Positions 1-8,713 of a DNA stretch of 22,266 nucleotides are shown piece after piece. Numbering within the stretch: position 1 is the first letter of the stretch; the number at the start of each line of letters is the position of its first letter. Source of the stretch: Selaginella moellendorffii (Eukaryota; Plantae; Lycopodiophyta); assembly GCF_000143415.4 (NCBI RefSeq), contig NW_003314310.1:195541-217806 (forward strand), in the 5' to 3' direction. Under the pieces are notes generated by a model that saw nothing but the letters and a program-made list of their open reading frames with translations, did no database searches and had not been told where the DNA came from. The position numbers were made by a program, and so were the translations under genes.

Positions 1-2822
1 TCAACGAAAGCCAAGATGTTATCTTTATCGATAACACCAAGCAAAGCCTTTGTGCCAAGATCCACTTTCATTTTCTTTTCACCTCTTCTAATAGAAGCTC
101 GACTGCTGCACGCTTCCTCCCTCAAATAGAGGTTACCTAACTGCTTCTTCAGATTAACAACATCTGTAGAAACCAAGAGTTTAATGCACCCATTACGAGC
201 TAACTCTCGAAGAGAGTCAGCACCAGTAACTTCAGTTGGGGTCGGTGTACTCTTGTGTTGGAAAAGCTTGTTCAGATCCAAGGTATAAAAAGCATTATTG
301 ACTTCACCCTACAACAAAAGAAAAAAGTCCAATTACATCAAAAGATGACATGTTGCTTACCTGGTAAAGCGCCTTACTTGTCTTAACTTGCACAAGAACG
401 GGAACAAGGATCATCGGGTGTTGCTGCTGCGAGGTGGAGCAAGCAGTGTCAGTCTCTGAGACTTGTCCTTGACCACCTCCATCTCCCTCCGACATGTCTA
501 GAAAAAACAAGGCGTCTGGCCCAAATCCGGATTCTCCTGTCCATAAAACGGATGGGAAAACGTCCATCTCCTTGACAGCATTGATGTACTCCTGCAGAGT
601 ATATCTTGATGCGTTGACATCATACACATCTGAGCCTTTACTATGCTCGTGTCTCATCTGCGCCACTTGTTCACTGTGGATCCTTGGTTTCACAAGCTTC
701 GCTCTTCTAGTGTAGATTTCTGGAATCTCTAACTCATGTGAAGTGACCGTGTACACACCATCTTGAAGAAACCTAGAGATCAAATTTGCAGGTTGCATCC
801 CGTCCATTGCTTTTGCAATCATCTCCACTGCAATCATTTCGTATCCGTGCCCAACTCCGCTGCTACTTGACTGGGCGTTATAACAATAAGCAGTATCCGC
901 TATCCTCGATAGGCCTGCTGGTTCGCCGACAGTTAAATAGTGCCACAAAGAATGGAGAACCAGAGGCTCCTCAATACGCAATAGAACGTTCGCTGTGTCT
1001 GACTCGTCCTTCCAAGAATCCAAATCTTGCATTTCAAGCGTCCGACGGCCATCCAACCTCGCTAGTCCGTATTGAATTAAACTCAAGCTGGGGTTCTTGA
1101 CAGCAACATACGTAGCATTCAATCCATAGAACTGATGGAAGAGTATAAGACTCAGTTTTTCGAGAGCCAGGGGATGCTTCCGAAAAAAGTCTTTTACACT
1201 TGTGTAGACTGTTCTGTCAAGAAAGGGCGAACTCCGTCCCGAAGTGTTAACTGCCATTGGCCTGTACTCTGTAGTAGAAACCTCTTTGGCGTATTCAACG
1301 AAGTAAGCAGTTGCGTTGCTGAGCGGTAGCTTTTCAGAGATAAACGATTCTAATGCTGAAACGAAAAACCTATACCGCCCCTTGTATAGCTGGAAGACCC
1401 TGTGAAAATCCACCTGTGATGTATCTTCAAGGATCCGACTAGCATAATCCTTCAGGTCGGCCTCCTCATAAAATCCCCCAAAGTGACAGAACACTGCAAC
1501 TGAAAATCTCTGTTTGAGTGTAGCAGAAATATTGCGTGCAACAGAAACCATACTTCCTCCTGTACCAGAATAGTAGAACGTGCTTGTGCGAAACCCAGCA
1601 TCGACCAACACCGGCACAAACACATCCAATAGAGATCTTGTTCTTGACCCAGCTGTAGGTGAATCAAACCTATTCACCAAGGTGTCCTGCACCACCTGGC
1701 ATTCGTCGAGTATAATCGGCCCACTCCAGTCCCTCTTGTGTGTCTCGATCAAACGATCAAATACCTCTTCGATCCCAGTGTCACTGGATACTAACTCGAG
1801 TAGTCTATCACTTAGAACGTAGAACGGGTCATTCTTGAAGGGTAGTAACGCAAATCCAACCTGCTTAAACAACCAGTACTTGGCCCAAACCTGAGGTGGC
1901 ATGCTTCCTGCTACCTCCTTCAACTTGTCTAAGATGAAGAATCTGCTGAGAAGAACAGCTTTGAAGCAGCACCGCGTCACGCGCATCGGAATTGACTGGT
2001 TTCCTGGATACAGAACCATTAGCCGACTAACCAGCGCATCCAAGTCTGCAGAGCCCTCCGATCCAATCCGTCCCATAGGAACACCAACAAAATACAGAGC
2101 CAAACGGTCGACTGCAATCTCATATAGTGTTCGAGTCTTTCCAGAGCCAGAAACATCGAAAAGGACCACCAGGCCAGGACGGGCTATATCCACTTGATCC
2201 AGAATGTATTTGGAGGCCCGAAAAGGCTCCTCGAGGCAATGCCAGAGAAGGCAAGGTTTGCGACTGCCAGGAGCTTGAGGAACCGTCCCTTTGCAAACGT
2301 CTGGATAACTGGCCTTAAAATGACTTGGCTTAGGAAGTTGTCGATCTGCTCTATGTATCTTATTCCATACTTGGTCCAAGATAGCTTGCACATCTGCTTA
2401 ATCAAAATCAAACAATTAGGCTTTGAACGAACACATAGAAAGGCAAGGAGACCAATGAACACTTCGTCAGTACACCAGAGAAGCACACACACAACATAAA
2501 TCTTACCAGAATCAGTGGCAGTGGCAGGCGCTGCAAAAACAAAATTTGTCAGCGATGGAAGAACAAGTCAAGAACAAATCCAATGCCTACCCTTGAGTAA
2601 GATAAGCTTTTCTTCCCTCAGCTGGCTCTCCTTTTGCCTCAGCTGGCTCTCGTTTTGCCTCAGCTGATCCTCCCTTCTCCGCCAGTACCGCTTCTCCTCA
2701 GCATCATTTGTTGCCTTCAGCTGCTCCTCAGCCTCACATATTTGCGTCAGGACTCCCTCTATTTGCCTTTCGAGGCGGAAAATCAGCCCATCCACCGGCA
2801 AGGGCTCAGAGCCAGACGCCAT
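1..2822 (-). CDS. Crinkler-like (CR) coiled-coil + P-loop NTPase + PD-(D/E/Q)xK nuclease gene, copy 1. Exons 2822-2591, 2530-2507, 2393-361, 308-<1 (3' end runs off the window).
   Basis: ATG at 2822. Donors G/GTAGGC (2590), G/GTAAGA (2506), CAG/GTAAGC (360). Acceptors TTTTTGCAG (2531), TAAGCAG (2394), TTTTGTTGTAG (309). All junctions preserve frame and join the 86-aa, 695-aa and downstream ORFs. Walker A variant DVSGSGKT (~2157-2134), Walker B IILDECQ (~1715-1695), SGTG and GRYR motifs, then GYE...GPDALFF...LVQVK. Family assignment is from motif recognition, not a database search. Confidence 0.75.
2616..2666 (-). repeat. 21-bp coding minisatellite (~2.4 copies) encoding QLRQ[N/K]ES heptads; second copy at 16322-16372
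   Basis: Plus strand reads cctcagctggctctccttttg cctcagctggctctcgttttg cctcagctg. Confidence 0.9.
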
Positions 2823-2830
2823 CCCCACTC

Positions 2831-2998
2831 CTAACCCTAATGCAAATCAGGGCACGGATGAGGAACGGTTCAGATCTCAAGTGAATATTCCTGAATCAGA
2901 GTTATAATTTATCCAGCTTCCAGATGAAGAAAATCTCAGGGTGGCGTGAAAAGGTGGCCAAATTTGGGCCCGTACGTGGATATTCCCTCCGTACGGAG
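2831..2998. promoter_or_regulatory. Putative proximal promoter/5'UTR motifs of the CR-like gene: telo-box-like AACCCTAA, site II TGGGCC, two CCGTAC cores (also at +13706)
   Basis: ctaaccctaa 2831-2840; tgggcc 2965-2970; ccgtac 2970-2975; palindrome ctccgtacggag 2987-2998. Short motifs, function inferred. Confidence 0.35.
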
Positions 2999-4497
2999 CC
3001 ATCTTGAAGAAATGAGGTATATTCTCTTCTACCAGATTGGCAAGACAAAAAACCCTCATCTTAAACGTTTTTAAGCACCACAACTTTTTTATAATAGTAT
3101 TTTTTTAAAAGAAAGGTAATTACAAAACTATTGTAATTTAAAATAATCAAAACTTAACAAATATATTCTTAAAGAAAAAGAGTAAGAAAATCTAGCTTTA
3201 TATAATTTGATATGGGTTTAAATTTAGTTTCTCATAACTTACCTTAGTGCCAATGGCAGCAACCCTGTCCACAAACTTGCTCCATCATTACCAATGTCAC
3301 CTTGGTCCAAACAATGAAGCTATTGACTTTTTCAACATCTTTCAATCATCTCTTTCTAGTCCATCCAGAGTCTAGGAAGAATTCTAGCTGAAAATCTTTC
3401 TAGACTTGATTATTGCTTTCCTTATATCATTTTTTCTGTTCTTTCTAACAGAGAAGTCTTCACAGACACTGTTAGAAGCCCATACTACATTGGTCCAGAA
3501 GTTCTTTGAAAAACGTCTTGTCCTTTCTCCATAGTGTGGACCTGAGGCAGTCACCTTGTTGCTTGTTGGAATCTGAGGTTTGGGACGTCCTGAATGCTGG
3601 AGGATTTTCTCTTCTTGTTTGTACCATCTCTAATGAAATGACAGGCAAACGCTGATAACAGCAGAACTACTGACTACAGTGACACTACAGTTACACCACG
3701 GATGGATCGGGTCTGCATGGAACCAGAAACTGTTGAACCAATCGAGCAGTCCAGAGGAGAATAGTCACAAGGCTGAGAGCTCATTCGGCTGTGTGAGACA
3801 TAAGTCAGTTCCTTTCATGTCGATGTCCTGCACAAAAATCTCTGGATTGAATTTCTCAGGCTTGGTCCAGATGGATGGATCATGAGTGATTGGATCTCAC
3901 AGAAGTTCTTGGGGTGACTTTTGTATTTCAAAACATTCAGTCAATTTACCTATAAGTGGTTGCAGATATTTGGTGATCATTCATTGGTTTGAAACTTCCA
4001 GTAATCTCCACTTACAAGAAACTGGTTTTGCAAAAGTGTTCTTGGTGCCTGGCCTGACTGTGGTGGTGAAAATGTGGAGTAGCAACCATGCAGTAACTTT
4101 GTTCATCACTCTCCAGACTATGAGATGCAATTTCATAGCATGGATTTTAATACTAGTATATCTGAAGTAAGCTTATCTTGCTAGTGGAAACTTAAGACAC
4201 TTCGTGACTTATTTTAGGATTTCTTTCAAATGATTCTATTTACTCAAGCAAGTTATTAAGGAGGATGGTGTTGGTTGAAGCTAGATATTTATTGCGAATG
4301 TGACTTTGGGTATTGAAAGTTATTTGTCGGGAGCCGGGTAGGTTTTGAACTCATGACTTCTCAAACACAAGGAAAACATTGGCTCATCCCGAACCAACAT
4401 CTTTTCATTTTTCAAATTTTGATTTAATCTATATTTCCAAGTAAATATGATTACTAAAAATACAAATACAAATATAGATTCAAACACTAAAAAAAAT

Positions 4498-7400
4498 CTA
4501 GAAACACTTCTTAAGCTTTGCAATTGTAAGGCTTGTCTGATGGATCTGATGGTCAACCTTAGGATCTTGGTTTAGTTTCTGCATAAAAATACAATAAATG
4601 TGCTTGCAAGCTAAATATACCTTTCCTTTGTTCTCCCTTTGTGTAAAATCTGGACAGGTACAAGATGGATTTTCACAGATTCTGATAGTGTAGTTTGTAC
4701 CCTTTGACAACTTAGTTATAACAATGAACTCTATAGCCACGGCACTAATGTAGTTTATCCTTGTTATTGTGCACTTCAACACCTTTTCCAACTTGATTTT
4801 CTCTTATGCACCTTTTAAAATGGAAGATATATATTGTACATCCTCCCCATTTCTAGCTGGTCGTGTATGCTGGTTTAGTGTTGACATTGGTGGCATAGCA
4901 GTATCAATAGCAACATTTGAGGAAGTCTTCAGCTTGAAACTAGCTCTCTCCAAACTTTCAATCTCATCTTTCAAAAGATTGCAGCTTCACTCAACTGGCT
5001 ACTCCTCTAGCACAGAATTTGGCTTCAAGATAATTGAGCTGAGGATCCAGTTTGTATGAGTAACATCAGTCCCACAACAATAAATCCAACTTGACTAGCG
5101 ACCCTTTACCCCTAAATCTTGACAGCCCTAGAAATATGGTACTACTGAAGAATTTGAACCTGAGCGCACAAATGCAAGACACTGACCTCGACTTGCAATC
5201 AACGTGCATTACTCTTGGCATTGACTGTTCAAATTGCCTAGTTGATACGAGAAACTAGCTCATAAGCAATAATCTTCTCAACCTATGCATTGGATTTACT
5301 TGTGTAACAATTGACACCTCCTCCACTCCATGTTCCTTAGCTCTTCTCTAGTGTCGTGGAACAGAATGGTAGTTAAACTCTGGATGGTGAAAGCTAGAAT
5401 GAGTGATGTTGGGCCCATCAAATATCTGTCGACACTTCACACGGGCTGTCCTCATTTCTCTAAGTGGTTCATAGTTTGATTCTATAGGAGTTCTAGTAAC
5501 AACTTCTTCCACCATCTTAGATATTGACCCTGTTGTTAGTGTTGTCCTTCTACCAACTTGCTTTCAAAGCTTGTCTAAGTTTGGACCTATATCAGCAAAC
5601 CTTGCTTCTTGTGTAGCCAAAGCTTTTGATGACTGCTTAAGAGATCTAGTGAGGTCGAAAAGCATAGCTTCATAGAACGACACTTTTCCTTTCCCTGCTT
5701 TCAGAAGCTTTCCAACTCCAATGTTTGCTCTTAGAGAGATTAATTGTTGGTGTAAGTGCAATGTCATCAAGTGGTTGATCTTAGGAAAAATGCAACATTT
5801 GAAGTGACAATTAAAGAAAATCAGAGAAAACTTGCATAGAGAATATAATGGCCCCACTAAAACATTCAAACTTCCTACCATACAACCTAACATTCCATTT
5901 GTGAAAGGTGTTCAATTGACACTTTGTCTCCTTCATGCCACCATATGCATATCTCATTTACTTTTGCCTTGTGCTCCTTTTTAGTTAGTGCATCTATTCA
6001 TTCCTGACAAAGCTGTTTGAACTCGTGATGGAAGCTAGACTTGATGCATCGGCAATGTTCATTGACATTCTTTGCCCAATGAAACTCACATCATCTTCTC
6101 TCTACCTTGTAATGGCTGACTTTTATCACCTCCAAATATTTGTTATACAGTCAACCAATTAGCACCAATAGCATCTTCCATGAAACCACAGAAGTTGGGT
6201 TTCTTCCCGCTTTGTTGTTTAACAACCTCGGACATAAATGTCCAAAAGATGGTTTGAGCTTGGAAATCTTGAACCTTGAATTCAGTTATAGCTATACTCA
6301 AGTTGCACTGCAACCTATAGAAGGAATGGTTATAATGTAAATCAATATGAAATCCTTAAAAATGAAAAGTTACTTACTTGTGATGATAAACATGAGCTCC
6401 CATTGTTGACTACACTAAAACTCATTCCATGTGGTCGAAATGAATCCAAAAATTAGCCAAGTCTCCATCTCCATCCATATCCATTTGTTATACAAGGTCC
6501 ATATTAGAAGCAGGACCAAGGGTGGACATCTTAAAGATGAAAGGGCGTTGATTGTTTGAAGTCACTTGGCCAACAAACAAAAGTTCCCATGAATAAACTC
6601 ATAGGGACATTTTGTTTTTAACTCCAAAATTGCATCAATTCTAGATTGAAGTTTTCCATCTCACCCTTCTTGCATCCAATTCTTTATTCTGCCAAAAAAA
6701 AAATGTTTCTATAGTGATAGTAGAGTTAAGTATTAATCTTATACCTGTTTAAATTTGTCACGGGTTTTATATTTCGAAGCAAGTCCTTCAAGCTGTTCTC
6801 TATGAACTATTTTTTGCTATCAGCTTATAGCAACATATCCACTATATAGTCCTTTAGTACAGATTATTGAACACACTTTGGAGTTGCAGAACTTTTTTTC
6901 CTAGCCTCTATAGTAATAGCAACTTTCAAATTGCAAAAAGAACCATGGCGGATTCCTTCCTCTATTACATGTTGGTGGTATCCAACATACACTGCTGTTC
7001 TACTTAAACATCCATCTTGTGAAAGAAAATAATACATTTTTGCATTGCAACATGCTTGATACACAGGTGTTGCCTTGCATTTGCAACATCTAAACCTTGT
7101 AGCAACCTCATCATGCCTAGACAGATTGATTGTTGAGCCTTCAAAGAAACACATATTTTTGCCATGATCAGAAATGCATTTCTCACTGACACATTGAAGT
7201 TGCCACCACAATAGACTATGGACACAAATCCATCAAAATGCGAGAACTGGGTTGTCTTTACTTTGCACCAATTATGTGGATCAAGACATGTCTCCATACC
7301 CCTTTTCTTACTTGACGAACTGGCCGATGGAAACTCGAAAAATATATTCCCATTATAGGAAGAAGGAAGCTCCTCACCTCTTATGTACTGGAACTCCTTC

Positions 7401-7852
7401 AATTCCAACCATAATGATTGAGATTACCGAAATGCCTTATCCACCGCTTCAAAAACTGGTCCAAAAGGAACACACATACTTGTCTGGGAAGCTATGTTGG
7501 GAAGTTCATCTTCTTCACTTTCATCACTAGAAAGAATAACAACTTCATCCTTCACTCCTTGCATAGTTGGTTGTGAAATTGTTGCACTCTTCTCTACTCA
7601 CTTTAGAGATCTTGTAACTAGAATTTTTTGACCTGTACATCTATCAAGATCCCACTGAATCCCATTCTCTCCCACACCTCTGTTGAGAAAAATGGATTTT
7701 TCTATCTAATTACCCTTATCCCGACATACATTCTCCAAACTAATTGATCTCGACTTCAAGTTGAATCTTCTGCAGAGGAAGCTCTCTCCTATAACATTCT
7801 TAGAGAAAACAATTGGAGGCTCATGATCAAACTTCAAGTAGAATTCTCTCAT
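4498..7852 (-). pseudogene. Degenerate spliced Mutator-like (MULE) DDE transposase with N-terminal Cys/His (WRKY/GCM1-like) region and C-terminal SWIM finger, copy 1
   Basis: Minus-strand pieces: C-rich segment ending YVGYHQH (~6970-7270); DGDGDLANFWIHFDHME*VLV*STMGAHVY (~6390-6480); QAQTIFW...PNFCGFMEDAIGANW...CEFHW (~6077-6313); PTINLSKSKHWSW (~5713-5753); SWIM CTCPDF...ACKHIY (ORF 4498..4791). Multiple stops and frameshifts. Candidate ATG at 7852. Confidence 0.8.
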
Positions 7853-8504
7853 ATCTTCTCCTTGCTCGAGCACTTAGAAAAAATTTGGGGAGAAACTAAC
7901 AAGAAAAAACAAAGATATTCTTTTGTATTGTGAGTTTTAATTAGTTGTGTCCTTGCAAAGGACAAAATAATTATTTTAACAAAATATACAACCGTTTAGA
8001 ATCTAGAGATATATGAGAATCTTAAAGAGCCACCCATATTAATTATATAATTGATTGTGAGAGGAATAATATTGTTGAAATGAGTGGGTTATGAGTGAGA
8101 GGCATTGATTAATCATGAGAGTTGTAGCATTAATTGCTTGTTCTCCCTCTCATCTCCATGCTCTTTTCCCTTCAAAAGAGTTTCATTATTTTGTGATAAG
8201 TGAGGGAGAGTTAAACTCAGTCCCTAAACCATTGATTGTGACTGTTGATCGTGACCATTGATTGTGATTATTAATTTTTAGGGTTTTATTGCTAGGGTTT
8301 GAGCAAGAAAGGTGAGAGAAAAACTCTTGAATCTCACAATGTGCTTCAAGATGCTTCTCAATTAGGATGCTAAATACTCTTCAAGACACTAAAAAGACAC
8401 TCCTCAATCAAGGTATACCCCTCTCTGCTGCTTTTCCATTTCCCCATCTTTTGCTCCTAGCTTGCAAGCAACTTGTGTTTTATGGTTATTTTGCGCTGGA
8501 ATGA

Positions 8505-8640
8505 TCAAGAGCTCCACTATGCCGCTACTCCATTGTGATCCCTAGGGTAGGGTTGAGTCCCTTACCCTAACATGCCTTAATATACCCTTGAGCCTCACTT
8601 TGACCGACATTGACCATGTGGTCAAAGCTGGTGCCTAACA
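8505..8640 (-). repeat. 3' LTR, truncated distally
   Basis: Begins TGTTAGG 1 nt after the PPT. 8540-8640 matches 12875-12975 with 8 mismatches in 101 bp. 8505-8537 matches 12635-12667 in inverted orientation. Confidence 0.85.
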
Positions 8641-8641
8641 A

Positions 8642-8653
8642 TTCTTCCCCCCC
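8642..8653 (-). other. Polypurine tract (PPT)
   Basis: GGGGGGGAAGAA on the minus strand, 1 nt before the 3' LTR. Confidence 0.85.
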
Positions 8654-8713
8654 AACAAAGTCCTTGTCCCAAGGACGAGTTGTACCGGTGATCACCCTTC
8701 TAGGGAACCTTGC

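Noticed and set aside
304-2391. The 695-aa ORF as a complete intronless (bacterial-type) gene
   Set aside because: It starts at GTG just after a splice acceptor, and its last ~18 codons are intron read-through. Canonical splice sites link it to flanking exons.
361-2393. Canonical CC-NB-ARC-LRR resistance gene
   Set aside because: No GLPL, MHD or DDVW motifs and no LRRs. The C-terminus looks like a REase fold.
494-2499. Short plus-strand and alternate-frame ORFs overlapping the gene (and their copies at +13706), plus X-filled ORFs across the gap
   Set aside because: Shadow ORFs of real coding sequence or of N runs, with no recognisable motifs.
2616-2666. CRISPR-like repeat array
   Set aside because: Contiguous coding repeats without spacers, in a eukaryotic context.
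8489-8500. ttttgcgctgga resembling ttttgcgccgga near the LTR end (12746-12757), suggesting a second inversion
   Set aside because: Similarity does not extend beyond ~12 bp; probably chance.
3040-8504. MULE terminal inverted repeats and TSD
   Set aside because: No convincing inverted pair found by eye.
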